Positions 49,857-60,355 of a stretch of DNA of 64,000 nt are shown here, one piece after another. Made by a program: the position numbers and the translations under genes. The DNA is from Nitrososphaeria archaeon. Its GTDB lineage: Archaea > Thermoproteota > Nitrososphaeria > JACIWG01. The DNA lies in contig JBEKIG010000014.1 of NCBI GenBank assembly GCA_050011875.1, forward strand, positions 10,699-74,698, written 5' to 3'. The notes under the pieces are model-generated. The model did no database searches. It was given only the letters and a program-made list of their open reading frames with translations, and was not told the DNA's origin. Position 1 is the first letter of the stretch; every line of letters starts with the position of its first letter.

Positions 49857-50025
49857 CTTTTTTTTACTATAGATTATTAGGAAATTTCGTTAAAATCTTA
49901 ACATTTGATCACGCAGAATCAGCGATAAAATTGTGAGTAGCACCAAAATCAATTCCTTATTCTTCCAAATATAAATTTGTTATACAACAAAATTGTTTTT
50001 GATTTAAGTTAGAATAATAAAAATC

Positions 50026-50052
50026 AGGGGCTTTTTAAACAAACTAGCCCCT
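50026..50052. terminator. GC-rich hairpin between convergent genes
   Basis: AGGGGCT-13 nt-AGCCCCT. Confidence 0.35.
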
Positions 50053-50112
50053 AAACGTGCTTTGATATTACCTACGATTTTTTATTGAATGTTAAAGATT
50101 TAAGGTGAGAGA

Positions 50113-51219
50113 TTAGTAGACCAGTTCTTCGGTCTTCCTGTCGAATAGATGCATTTTTGTCTCATCAAATGTTAGGAACAACTTTTGTCCGATAGTATAT
50201 CTCATTCCAACTTCCTGTTTGACAACGGCTTTGAACATCTTGCTATCCATCTTTAAGTCAAGCACCATTTCATCACCTAAAGGCTCTCCGATGTATAGTT
50301 CTGTGGGCATATAGAATTCGGTAAAATTGTCAGGTTTTGTCGTCGTCACACCCATATCCCTTGGTCTTGAACCAAATATAACTTCTGTCACACCTTTGGC
50401 CTTGCATGCTTCTGCCGCAGCGTCTGGTATTCTGAATTTTAAACTGTCCCCTTCAAAATATGATCTTCCACCCTCTTCCATTATGCTGCCTTCGACGATG
50501 TTTGTCGGCGGACTTCCGACGAATCCTGCTACAAACGCGTTCTTAGGACTGTTAAAGATATTGTCGGGAGAACTGTATTGTTGAAGTAGACCCCTGTTCA
50601 TGATTGCGATACGGTCGCCCATAGTCATAGCTTCTGCCTGATCGTGGGTAACATACACAGTTGTTATCTTGAGCTCTTTCTGCAGACGCTTAAGTTCTGC
50701 TCTCATGTATAGCCTCAGCTTTGCGTCAAGGTTGCTTAAGGGTTCGTCCATCAACCAGACTTTAGGCTCCCTAACAATCGATCGTCCCAAGGCAACACGT
50801 TGAGCTTGACCACCACTGAGCTGTTTAGGCTTTCTTGCCAATAGTTCGCCTATCTGCAAGAGATCTGCAACCTGTTTCACTTTACTATCAATATCCGGCT
50901 TGCTCATCTTCCTAATTTTCAGCGGGAAAGCCATGTTATCATAAACAGTCATGTGAGGATAGAGAGCGTAGCTCTGGAAAACCATCGCGATATCCCTATC
51001 TTTTGGAGGTAGATCATTGACCATCCTATCTCCTATGTATATTTCTCCTGCATCAGGTGCTTCCAAACCAGCTATACAACGCAGTGTTGTAGTTTTACCA
51101 CAGCCGCTTGGTCCTAAAAGAACAACGAATTCTTGATCTTCTATTTCCAAGTCCAACGCATCGACAGCCATGGTGGTACCAAACTTCTTTACTAGTTTCG
51201 TAATTTTCACTTTAGACAT
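50113..51219 (-). CDS. Carbohydrate ABC transporter ATPase (MalK/MsmX type)
   Basis: GPSGCGKT, VFQSYALYPH, LSGGQAQR, MDEPLSNLD, C-terminal TOBE region. Confidence 0.95.
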   Translation of the reverse strand: MSKVKITKLVKKFGTTMAVDALDLEIEDQEFVVLLGPSGCGKTTTLRCIAGLEAPDAGEIYIGDRMVNDLPPKDRDIAMVFQSYALYPHMTVYDNMAFPLKIRKMSKPDIDSKVKQVADLLQIGELLARKPKQLSGGQAQRVALGRSIVREPKVWLMDEPLSNLDAKLRLYMRAELKRLQKELKITTVYVTHDQAEAMTMGDRIAIMNRGLLQQYSSPDNIFNSPKNAFVAGFVGSPPTNIVEGSIMEEGGRSYFEGDSLKFRIPDAAAEACKAKGVTEVIFGSRPRDMGVTTTKPDNFTEFYMPTELYIGEPLGDEMVLDLKMDSKMFKAVVKQEVGMRYTIGQKLFLTFDETKMHLFDRKTEELVY

Positions 51220-51336
51220 GTTGTACCTGCCGAATGCTATTATGGTGTGCTAAATAAGGTTTACTATTAAAATAATAATTGTGTATAGTGTCCCAAAAGC
51301 ATTTGTTTAACTCCTTACAAAGTTCAAATAGGTGAC

Positions 51337-52530
51337 TTGAAGATGGAAAGTGATAGAGCGGCAACGCATTTGGCTCTTGATACTAGGGATAAGCTAGAAG
51401 CAGAATTTGGTAGAGATTATTTTATTCCTGATAAAGGTCGTCATGGAATATATACGGACACTCCTAAGAACATTAAGCTGGTTGAATACATCAAATCATT
51501 AACACCTGAGAGCGTCGTAGATATAGGTTGCGCCTACGGATTCCTTGTAAAGCGACTTAACAGTGAAGGGATAAAAGCTGTGGGTGTTGACGTCTCTAAG
51601 TTCGCATATATGATGCGGGTTACAGATGACATTCAAGTCGCGTCCGTTCTAGACCTCAGCTGCTTTAAGGATAAGCAGTTTGACTTGGCTGTAACAGTTG
51701 AACTGCTTGAGCATATACTTGAGAGGGACACTGACAGGGCGCTTTCTGAGATAGCTAGAGTCTCTAAGAGAGGTGTCCATTTCATAGATTACAAGGAAGT
51801 TGTTAATATATCAAGAAGAAAGGATGTAACGTACGTCAACATTAAACCTTACGAATGGTGGGTTACAAAAGTTAGAGATGTATGCGGGCTTGAGCATATA
51901 GTGGTTCACAAGGAAATTGACTGGTATCCTAATCCTGTAACAATACCTGTAACAGGACAGAAAGTAGGACTCAATGTGGGCTCATTTTTAAATATGTTAT
52001 TAAATACTTCTACAACAAGGTGGATAAATTTAGATATACTTCCGCTTGAGCAGTACGCTCGAAACTTTGGATACAACTTTATGAGGGTTGACGCAAGAAT
52101 TCTACCTTTTCCTAACCAGAATATAGACTATCTTGTTGCGAGCCACTTCTTGGAACACCTTGATAAAAACGAGGCTCAGAACTTCCTCAAAGAATGTCAT
52201 AGAGTGCTAAAGAAAGACGCGGTTATGAGAATAGCTGTGCCTGACGCTAAACTTTTGATGGAGCTCTATTTTAAGAAAAAGCTATCCTACTTCGACGATA
52301 TCCTGTGGGGGGGAGAAGCAACTGAGATTGATAAACTGAACGCTCTACTATTATCAGACCACAAGTACATGTATGACGAGGATTCCTTATCCATTTTACT
52401 TGAAAGAAGTGGATTCAAGGCTATTCCTGCTGGCTTTAACAGGTCAACCAGAATGGACCTAATGAGTCAAATGTTCGATTATTATCCAGACCAGTCTCTT
52501 TATATGGACGCTATTCCGCTCTACGATTAA
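51337..52530 (+). CDS. Protein with two class I SAM-methyltransferase domains
   Basis: VVDIGCAYG..ELLEHI; GLNVGS..SHFLEHL..HRVLK...RIAVPD. Confidence 0.85.
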   Translation: MKMESDRAATHLALDTRDKLEAEFGRDYFIPDKGRHGIYTDTPKNIKLVEYIKSLTPESVVDIGCAYGFLVKRLNSEGIKAVGVDVSKFAYMMRVTDDIQVASVLDLSCFKDKQFDLAVTVELLEHILERDTDRALSEIARVSKRGVHFIDYKEVVNISRRKDVTYVNIKPYEWWVTKVRDVCGLEHIVVHKEIDWYPNPVTIPVTGQKVGLNVGSFLNMLLNTSTTRWINLDILPLEQYARNFGYNFMRVDARILPFPNQNIDYLVASHFLEHLDKNEAQNFLKECHRVLKKDAVMRIAVPDAKLLMELYFKKKLSYFDDILWGGEATEIDKLNALLLSDHKYMYDEDSLSILLERSGFKAIPAGFNRSTRMDLMSQMFDYYPDQSLYMDAIPLYD

Positions 52531-52616
52531 GGTTAGATGCGGCTTCGCTTGATCTTGGGACACTTAATGAACTTGCACCATAATATTTTTATGCATTCGA
52601 AGAACTTCACAGTACT

Positions 52617-52958
52617 ATGGCCAATGCGAACAGGAAAAAATTTCTACTTGTCAGTGGATATTCTAACGTAAATGGTTGGACGAGCAAGATTATGTTAATA
52701 AATAAAGTGCACACACAAAATCAGGTTTTCATCAAATTTTATGCCGATACCGATGGAAAGCAGTTAATCATGAGATATAATGTTACACTTGAACCTACGG
52801 AAATTAGAACGATCGAATTGAACTTCGATGAATTGAAAGATCACGTTGGAAAGATGGTGTTGAGGAGTGATGGCATGTTAGAGGGTCAAGCTATTTCATT
52901 TAAGGGCGACGCGAGATTCGACTTGAAACTTCTTAACCCCGATGTCAAATGCTGCTGA
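52617..52958 (+). CDS. Hypothetical beta-rich protein
   Basis: 113-aa ORF with TATA-like TTTTTATG about 25-30 bp upstream. Confidence 0.6.
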   Translation: MANANRKKFLLVSGYSNVNGWTSKIMLINKVHTQNQVFIKFYADTDGKQLIMRYNVTLEPTEIRTIELNFDELKDHVGKMVLRSDGMLEGQAISFKGDARFDLKLLNPDVKCC

Positions 52959-53006
52959 AAAAGTCTCGAGATTAAATGTTATCTTCCAAAGAATATGGAA
53001 AATCTT

Positions 53007-53819
53007 CTAACCTTTTACAGAACCCATCGTCAGACCGGAGACTAGGTACTTCTGCAAAAGTAGGCAAATAATTATTGGTGGCAAAACAGACATCAATACC
53101 TGTGCTGGGTTAAAACCTTCATATAGACGAATTGATATTGTTATAACCTTCTGTTCTGTTAAAACGAAAGCGAGTAGAAACTCGTTCCATGAAAAAGTGA
53201 AGGTCAGCAGGAAGGCCGCGAACAAGGCAGGGGTTACAAGCGGTAGCGTTATATCGACCATCATCCTTATCGTTGAAGCCCCATCTATCATAGCCGATTC
53301 TTCAATCCCAGATGGCAAGGACTTGAATGCATCCCTAGTTATTATAACGACATATGGCATGAACAAAGTCGAGTATGCAAGTATAAGCGCTTCCGGTGTA
53401 TCGTATAACTTAGTAAGAATCACTAAAATAAAGAAGGGTATAGACAGCACTACAGGAGGTATCAGTCTAAAAAGGATAAACCCCGTCACTATCGTCACAT
53501 TGTCTATTCTCTTAAATTTATGCCTAGCCAAAGAATAACCGGCAAGCGACCCGATTAACGTAGCGATAGTGGCGCTTGGGATACATACAATTAGACTATC
53601 CTTCAGAGAGAGAAGGGTCCGTGCATTTATCATTCCGGAAATCAGTCCCCTAAAATTTGGTTTAAATTGGACGTACGGTATAAAGCTCAAACCGAATTCG
53701 CTTCCAGGCCTTATGGATAGAATGAACGTCCAGAAAATAGGAAAAATGAAGAATAAAGCTATAATTATAATTAGAAAATAAATAAAAAGAGATTTAATTC
53801 CTTTAATAAGCTTCGACAT
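53007..53819 (-). CDS. Carbohydrate ABC permease (MalG-like), second copy
   Basis: EESAMIDGAS EAA loop, FSWNEF. Confidence 0.92.
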   Translation of the reverse strand: MSKLIKGIKSLFIYFLIIIIALFFIFPIFWTFILSIRPGSEFGLSFIPYVQFKPNFRGLISGMINARTLLSLKDSLIVCIPSATIATLIGSLAGYSLARHKFKRIDNVTIVTGFILFRLIPPVVLSIPFFILVILTKLYDTPEALILAYSTLFMPYVVIITRDAFKSLPSGIEESAMIDGASTIRMMVDITLPLVTPALFAAFLLTFTFSWNEFLLAFVLTEQKVITISIRLYEGFNPAQVLMSVLPPIIICLLLQKYLVSGLTMGSVKG

Positions 53820-53884
53820 ACCTCAGATACTCAAACGTCCACTGTTCCCATAAAGAAATGTGGGCTGCAGGCTTTGCTCTGTTC

Positions 53885-54757
53885 CTAACCCTTTATAGCA
53901 CCTAATGTCAATCCACTTACAATATATTTCTGCACAGCTAATCCGAGTATTATTGGCGGTATAACAGCTAATATCTGCCTAATGCTTAATTGATAGAATA
54001 AAACCCCCAATGAAGTCGCTGTTGCAGCCAGACGGATTGGCATAGTATATGCGTGCGCGGCAGTTAAAACATAAGCAAACAAGAAGTCGTTCCATGCGAA
54101 GGCAAACGTCAAGATGAAGATCGCAGCTAAAGCAGGAGCTACAAGTGGCAGGGCTATACTCCTAAGTACCTTTAGAGTGGAGGCTCCATCGACGAAAGCA
54201 GACTCCTCCATAGCAGGCGGCATAGATTTGAAAGCATCCCTGAGCACGAGAACTGCATAAGGAAGAAGCGCTGTCGCATCGATCAACATTACGGCTACCT
54301 GTGAATCTAGCAGACCTTCTTTACTGCCTGGAATTGGTATGCTCAACATGAAGATATAGAAAGGAATAGCCAACGCTATCGGAGGAAGGAATCTAAGCGA
54401 CAGGAAATAGCTCAAATAGCCCATATTACTTATTCCTCTCTTAAATTCGTGCCTTGCTAGAGCATATGCGGCCAGTACACCTAAACCAGTCGCTATTAAA
54501 GCAGCCCCAGCGGATATCACTGTACTGTTAAACAGAGCCGTCTCGTCTTCTAAAGACTGCGTCGAAAATTCAGTCACCCAATTTATTAAAGTTGGCTGGA
54601 ACTGAAGCCAAGGTATGAAACCTAGAGTAAAATCTTGGGTCGGCCATTTAAAGGCGATTACCCACATCCAGAACAGGGGGAAGAAGTAGAAAGCCGCAAA
54701 CAATAGTATGAACACGTATACTGCAATAGACTTTAATACGTCCGTTATACTACGCAT
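53885..54757 (-). CDS. Carbohydrate ABC permease (MalG-like)
   Basis: EESAFVDGAS, FAWNDF. Confidence 0.93.
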   Translation of the reverse strand: MRSITDVLKSIAVYVFILLFAAFYFFPLFWMWVIAFKWPTQDFTLGFIPWLQFQPTLINWVTEFSTQSLEDETALFNSTVISAGAALIATGLGVLAAYALARHEFKRGISNMGYLSYFLSLRFLPPIALAIPFYIFMLSIPIPGSKEGLLDSQVAVMLIDATALLPYAVLVLRDAFKSMPPAMEESAFVDGASTLKVLRSIALPLVAPALAAIFILTFAFAWNDFLFAYVLTAAHAYTMPIRLAATATSLGVLFYQLSIRQILAVIPPIILGLAVQKYIVSGLTLGAIKG

Positions 54758-55613
54758 AGTATTTTCTCATCCTCCCCAAGAATATGGATGCGATGATGAT
54801 GACCATCAGCATAAAAATAAGGCTCAAAGCTCCAGCATAACCTAAAGTAAAGCTCCTAAAAGCCGCTTTATAGATGTAGACCGATACCGTCTCAGTCGAT
54901 ATCCCTGGGCCTCCTTGGCCCATAAGTACGAAGGGTATATCTAACATCCTCAGCGTATCAATAACTCTGAACATGCTAATCGTTATCAGAGGGCTGACGA
55001 TCATCGGGAGATTAATACTCCTAAATATCTGGAAGCTTGATGCGCCATCTACGACAGACGCTTCCGTCAACTCTCTTGGTATCCCTTCCAGCGCGGCAAG
55101 AGTGATCAAGAAGCAGAACGGCGTCCATAACCAAATATCACAGATCGCCACAGTAAAAGGAGCCTGGACAATAGAAGTCCTCCACGGTACAGCTGGTATT
55201 TTAATAATATTTAAGACTGCATTGACCACGCCGCCGGGTTGGTAGAACAATACATCCCCCATTAGCGCCACTGCCACAGGTGCAACGAAAAGGGGTATAA
55301 GAAACAGCGTCCTAAAGATCGCTTTGAACCTAATATTGGCCCTCATCAGCTGGGCTAAAACTATACCCAACACAATTTCAGAAGGAACACATATTATCAA
55401 AATCTCAGCGGTAACAGTCAGAGAGTTATATAACCTATAATCACCAACCGCCTTTACGTACGCTGCTGTGCCGATAAAGGGCATGGCTTTTACGCCGAGC
55501 ACCCAGTTTGTAAAGGTACCATAGACCATATAAAGCATCGGAAATATCGATATAACGAGAATATATCCAATCGCGACAAAAACAAAAACGTGATATATTG
55601 TCAGTTTAACCAT
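54750..55613 (-). CDS. Carbohydrate ABC permease (MalF-like)
   Basis: W..TPF, EASVVDGAS, GGPG. Confidence 0.93.
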   Translation of the reverse strand: MVKLTIYHVFVFVAIGYILVISIFPMLYMVYGTFTNWVLGVKAMPFIGTAAYVKAVGDYRLYNSLTVTAEILIICVPSEIVLGIVLAQLMRANIRFKAIFRTLFLIPLFVAPVAVALMGDVLFYQPGGVVNAVLNIIKIPAVPWRTSIVQAPFTVAICDIWLWTPFCFLITLAALEGIPRELTEASVVDGASSFQIFRSINLPMIVSPLITISMFRVIDTLRMLDIPFVLMGQGGPGISTETVSVYIYKAAFRSFTLGYAGALSLIFMLMVIIIASIFLGRMRKYYA

Positions 55614-55621
55614 ATCACATC

Positions 55622-55645
55622 ACAAAAAAAGGGAGGGGGAGTTTT
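55622..55645 (-). terminator. Pyrimidine/U-tract after the solute-binding protein gene (terminator or processing site)
   Basis: Minus strand AAAACTCCCCCTCCCTTTTTTTGT immediately after the stop. Confidence 0.45.
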
Positions 55646-57625
55646 CTAGAAGATTACGTCGGTGGGAACTAGCTTTGGATCGAAGAGCCACGTTCCTGCG
55701 CCTGGGTACGGGTTTTGTTTTCCGTAGCCGATCATGCCCTGATACTCCTTTTGAAGTGCGGCCGTGCCGTACGTTGGAACGATAGTGTTCACCCAGTCAG
55801 ATTGAATCCTGTCAAGCGCTGTTGCTAGAGTTGACTCGTTAGTCATCAGTTCTCCTGCGATGTGCGTGTCCACGGATGCAAATAATGCAGAAGCACCATC
55901 CATCTTTAAGTAGTCTTGAATAGCGTCACAGCCACCCAAGTTGTTGCCGATGTTTTGTTCACCCCTTCTAAGGTCATATTCGTTGTACTTCGCTTGTTTT
56001 TCGAAGGGCAGGGTTGTATCAAGTCCAGGATCTGGCGGGAATGTTTCGTTAGGATCGGCAGGCAGATTCCACTTGGTCAAATCGGTCTGCGTTCCACCGT
56101 ATTGTGTCAGAAGGTCTGTAGTAAACGCACCTGGATCTAATCCTGTCCAAAAGTATGTACTCGTTGCCTGTTCGAAGTGTTGATCAGGTGAACTGACGTA
56201 CGAGCTGAACCAGTACGCGAGGTTCTTAGATGCAGCGTTTGGATCTGGGTGACTGAAGATGAACGGATGCCACGAACAGCCATCCCAGTTTGCGCACTGG
56301 TTGTACTTGGTTACCATGCTTGCACTAGTCAGACTGTAGTAGGTTGAGGTTCCTGGTGATGGGGTTGACATGAGGTTTCCCCTGATCGGGTAACTTCCTG
56401 CAAGTGACATCGGATCTGGTGCTTGGAACATCATTATTGATAGTTGCTTGTTCAGGAATGCGTCCCAGTCTTCCGCGAACGCGTGGGAGAAATCTGCTGG
56501 ATTCATGAACGGTACCAAAGACTGATACATTTGTGTCGCTGCAACTATACCTGGCTGCTTTGAATTCATGTAAATATTGTTTATATTCTCTGGTTCGAAG
56601 AAGGAAAGGTTATGAGTGTCATCCCTAGTTGGACCATATTCAGTTATGTATGGTGCCATAATCGCGTACATCCAGAACGGTGACTGCTGTCCGGTCTCTA
56701 GACTCCATTCCAGACCGAAATCAGGGCTTCCATCATTGTTCCAATCCCAGCCTGTGAAGAATTCAGCTACATCTTTTATTTTTTGCCATGACAGCGTTCG
56801 ATCCCTGATCCAACCATAATAGTTCATTTGGTATCCGTATTTGCTCTGGAACTCTGCAAACTTTGTGCTGTCCCTTATAACAGCATTCATGTATTTCATA
56901 TTGGAGTAGAAGTACCAAGCGTCGTTGTCCCATGGACAGCCATAGTATACACCACCCCACGTAGAGCACTGCGCGTTGCCAGGTCGGTTCTGATTCTGAT
57001 ACCATATAGGGTATCCGGGTTTAATAGTCGAGCCATCATTAGCCGTACCATACCAATTAGATATCGGCGTCAAGTAGCCGGGTATAACCAAGTCGCCCAT
57101 TAGATTGCTGCAGCAAATGGTCAAGTCGTACGTATACGCTCCTGTGGATTGGTCTGCAAGTACCTTTACTGGAAGGTCCGCGTAAGCGAGCTCTACCGTG
57201 CTCAAGGTTCCACCAACTAGCGCTTTTACTATTGGCGTGTAGAGGTAACATATTCCTGAGAAAGCTGAACTACCGCCCGCTTCCACAGCCATATTACATG
57301 TTGTATTTGGGAATTGGGCCCATGTCTGCGCTGTAGATGTCACAGTTGTACCAGTTGTCACAGTTGTACCAGTTGTCACAGTTGTACCAGTTGTCGATGT
57401 TACAGTAGACGTTCCACCTGTTACGGTCTTTGTAACAGTAGTTGGAACTGTTACAGTCGTTGCTGGCGCAGTTACTGTTGTTCCAGGCGCGGTTGATGTC
57501 GTCGTAGTTGTACCATGAGGTACAACAAGATATGTACCAACGCCAACCACTACACCTGTCGCGACAATTGCGACTGCGTACCCAAGAAAACTCCTTCTTT
57601 CTACTTTTTTAGGTTCTTGACTCAT
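55646..57625 (-). CDS. Extracellular sugar-binding protein with twin-arginine signal/anchor and Thr-rich linker
   Basis: ERRSFLG plus TM segment, T/V/G-rich linker, family-1 SBP-like core; first gene of the ABC operon. Confidence 0.85.
   Translation of the reverse strand: MSQEPKKVERRSFLGYAVAIVATGVVVGVGTYLVVPHGTTTTTSTAPGTTVTAPATTVTVPTTVTKTVTGGTSTVTSTTGTTVTTGTTVTTGTTVTSTAQTWAQFPNTTCNMAVEAGGSSAFSGICYLYTPIVKALVGGTLSTVELAYADLPVKVLADQSTGAYTYDLTICCSNLMGDLVIPGYLTPISNWYGTANDGSTIKPGYPIWYQNQNRPGNAQCSTWGGVYYGCPWDNDAWYFYSNMKYMNAVIRDSTKFAEFQSKYGYQMNYYGWIRDRTLSWQKIKDVAEFFTGWDWNNDGSPDFGLEWSLETGQQSPFWMYAIMAPYITEYGPTRDDTHNLSFFEPENINNIYMNSKQPGIVAATQMYQSLVPFMNPADFSHAFAEDWDAFLNKQLSIMMFQAPDPMSLAGSYPIRGNLMSTPSPGTSTYYSLTSASMVTKYNQCANWDGCSWHPFIFSHPDPNAASKNLAYWFSSYVSSPDQHFEQATSTYFWTGLDPGAFTTDLLTQYGGTQTDLTKWNLPADPNETFPPDPGLDTTLPFEKQAKYNEYDLRRGEQNIGNNLGGCDAIQDYLKMDGASALFASVDTHIAGELMTNESTLATALDRIQSDWVNTIVPTYGTAALQKEYQGMIGYGKQNPYPGAGTWLFDPKLVPTDVIF
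57338..57391. repeat. Perfect 18-bp tandem repeat x3 (TGTTVT in the SBP linker)
   Basis: tgtcacagttgtaccagt x3. Confidence 0.95.
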
Positions 57626-57943
57626 AAGTGCACTGTAATTCGTTGACGTATTTAAATGTTTTATATTAAGATAGGGTAACCCCTCTGAATCAATTTTTTA
57701 CAAAAAAGGGGAGATTAAAAGAAAAAATTAACTATTTTTTTATGAAGAAATAAGAATAGATATAGGGTCTAGAAAGGCTTTCAGGACTCTTGTTTGCATA
57801 TTTACTAAAATATAAGATGTGACATTTAAATCATGCCTCGATAGTTATAACTGGTATTGGGCTTAGAAAATATCCCGATGTGTTAACAGAATCCAAAAGA
57901 CAATTATTAAATAACTGAATTGTATGTCAAAAATTGATTAAAC

Positions 57944-59062
57944 GTGAGAGGATTTAGGGATATAATCCTGAAAGCTATCGAAATGAGAGGAACTGGCTGG
58001 GTTCCCTGTGAAGTTGTGTTTCTTCCTGCAACATGGCAAAAGTATAGGGAGCAGATTGTGAAAATCATATTAAGACACCGTAGACTATTTCCTGAATTTA
58101 AGCCCGGAACTGTGAACTATGATGATTTAGGAATGATGAGGAAGGGAAACACTTTCACTGACGAATGGGGATGTGTCTGGAGTTACAATTTCGATGGATT
58201 AGGAGGTATTGTTGCTAAACATCCACTTGAAGATTGGAACAGTTTTAAAGATTTCAGTCCACCACATCCTGAGCTCGGACTACCAGGAGGAAAGACTATT
58301 TTAGGGCAAGAACTAGGATATCTACAAGGTATAGGTTCTATAGTTGATTGGGATACAATCGGGCAAGATCTAAAGAAAACTAGAGAAGATGGTTTTCTTG
58401 TTGTAGGTGGATTACCTCACGGCTTTATGTTCCAACGCCTGACATATATTAGGGGGTTCACCAACCTAATGAAAGATTTCATAAAGAAACCGCCTCAACT
58501 TTATGAACTAATCGGAATAGTTACAGAATATAATGAGGCTTTGGTGGACAGAATCTTAAAGTTAGGCGTAGACGCGATCAACTTTGGCGACGATCTTGGC
58601 TGCCAAGACAGGATGCCCATAAGTAAAAAAACATTCAGGGAATTTATATTTCCCGCCTACAATAAAATCTTTAAAAAGGTAAGAGAGGCTGGAGTGCATC
58701 CATACTTCCATACCGACGGACATGTTATGGAGGTAGCTGATGATCTCATAGAGTCTGGAGCTTCTGTACTAAACATACAAGATGTCGTCAACGGAATAGA
58801 TAACATTAAAGATAAATGTAAAGGCAGAGTCTGCGTAGGTTTAGATATAGATCGCCAACGTTTAATGCCATTTGGCACTCCTCCACAGGTTAAGGATCAC
58901 ATAAAGTGGGCCATAATAAAGTTAGGGTCTAACATAGGGGGACTAATGCTCCTTGCGGGCATTTACCCTGACGCAAAATTAAAAAATATAGAAGCACTCT
59001 GTCAAGCGATGGAACAGTACATGGGCTATTACAAAGAGGAAGATGAAGGTGGTCTTCAATGA
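57944..59062 (+). CDS. UroD/MtaA-CmuA superfamily protein
   Basis: TDEWGCVW, HPLEDW, GDDLG, YFHTDG, LDIDRQ. Confidence 0.86.
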   Translation: MRGFRDIILKAIEMRGTGWVPCEVVFLPATWQKYREQIVKIILRHRRLFPEFKPGTVNYDDLGMMRKGNTFTDEWGCVWSYNFDGLGGIVAKHPLEDWNSFKDFSPPHPELGLPGGKTILGQELGYLQGIGSIVDWDTIGQDLKKTREDGFLVVGGLPHGFMFQRLTYIRGFTNLMKDFIKKPPQLYELIGIVTEYNEALVDRILKLGVDAINFGDDLGCQDRMPISKKTFREFIFPAYNKIFKKVREAGVHPYFHTDGHVMEVADDLIESGASVLNIQDVVNGIDNIKDKCKGRVCVGLDIDRQRLMPFGTPPQVKDHIKWAIIKLGSNIGGLMLLAGIYPDAKLKNIEALCQAMEQYMGYYKEEDEGGLQ

Positions 59063-60255
59063 ATTCGAGAGAAAGAGTCATCACAGCATTAAACATTGAG
59101 GAACCAGATATTGTTCCATCGTATGAGATGGGCATCTCTCCACCAAGTGTCATAAAGGAACTTTTAGGTAGAGAACCGATATATGGCAATTTAAGATACT
59201 TGTACGAACTATGGTCACAAGGAAAAATTATGGATAAAGAATCTATAAAGCAGCTAAACAAGCACTTCGTTGAGGATTGTTATGAAGCCTATGACAAACT
59301 TGGACTTGACATGATAAGGTTCTTTGCTGTGGGTTTGGATCCCACAGAGTTCTGGAGGGCCGATATAAGACCTCCCTTGTCTATTAAGAAGGTATCTGAT
59401 AGAGAATGGATCGTAAATGGAAAAAGGGTTCTTTACAATAGCTTCAGTTTTTGGAACTGGGAGCCCAATAGCTCCATAATTCTCAAAGGGCCAGAATATG
59501 TTCGTGAGTATGTTAGAAATGAAGGAAAAAAGATGATAGAGGAAATCAAGAGTACGCCATTAGACAATTTAAGATACCTTACAAAACTAAACAAAGGAAG
59601 GAAGTTTATACTGACTGACGTAGGGGGCACAAATGGTTTAATTGTTTCAGATAGATTCGGTATGACAGAAGGCTTAAAGTGGTTTCATATTCATCCAGAT
59701 ACTATAAAAGATCTCCTCAAATTATATACTGAACTTACTATAGAGGTAGGTAAAGTGGCTATAGATTGTGGCACCGATGGAGTACAGATCTGTGAGGATT
59801 ACGGATATAAGAACGGACCATGGTTATCTCCTCTTCAGTTCAAAGAATTTGTACTTCCAAATCTAGTTAAGATGAGTAAGATCTTTAGACGAAAAGGAGC
59901 TTACTTTATACTCCATTCAGACGGGAACGTAAAGCCTCTTTTGAATATGTTTGTTGAAGCAGGTTTTCATGCATACCAATCCATAGACAAGATAGCGGGA
60001 ATGGATTTGGCTTACGTTAAGAAAGAAATAGGAGATAAAATGTGTCTAATAGGAAATGTAGACCCTGACATCCTTAAAAGGAAAATGAGTGATGTAGAAG
60101 CTGAGGTAAAAAGATGCATAAAAAGCGCGGCTGTAGGAGGTGGGTATATTATTAGCTGTGGAGGTGCAATGACAGATTCCAGACTATCAAACATAAAAGC
60201 ATTAATAAAGTACTCAAGAAAATATGGAAAATACCCTCTAAATCGCATAAGCTAG
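59059..60255 (+). CDS. UroD/MtaA-CmuA superfamily protein
   Basis: MNSRERV..EPD.VP, EDYG, ILHSDG, IGNVD, GGYII; ATGA overlap with the previous gene. Confidence 0.86.
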   Translation: MNSRERVITALNIEEPDIVPSYEMGISPPSVIKELLGREPIYGNLRYLYELWSQGKIMDKESIKQLNKHFVEDCYEAYDKLGLDMIRFFAVGLDPTEFWRADIRPPLSIKKVSDREWIVNGKRVLYNSFSFWNWEPNSSIILKGPEYVREYVRNEGKKMIEEIKSTPLDNLRYLTKLNKGRKFILTDVGGTNGLIVSDRFGMTEGLKWFHIHPDTIKDLLKLYTELTIEVGKVAIDCGTDGVQICEDYGYKNGPWLSPLQFKEFVLPNLVKMSKIFRRKGAYFILHSDGNVKPLLNMFVEAGFHAYQSIDKIAGMDLAYVKKEIGDKMCLIGNVDPDILKRKMSDVEAEVKRCIKSAAVGGGYIISCGGAMTDSRLSNIKALIKYSRKYGKYPLNRIS

Positions 60256-60355
60256 TTTGTTGCGCTTTAAAATATAACAATAATCCCATTTTTGCATTTT
60301 TCTTCTTCAAAAATTTGAAAAAAGCTTTATATAACACAATTTTTATGTTAACTTC

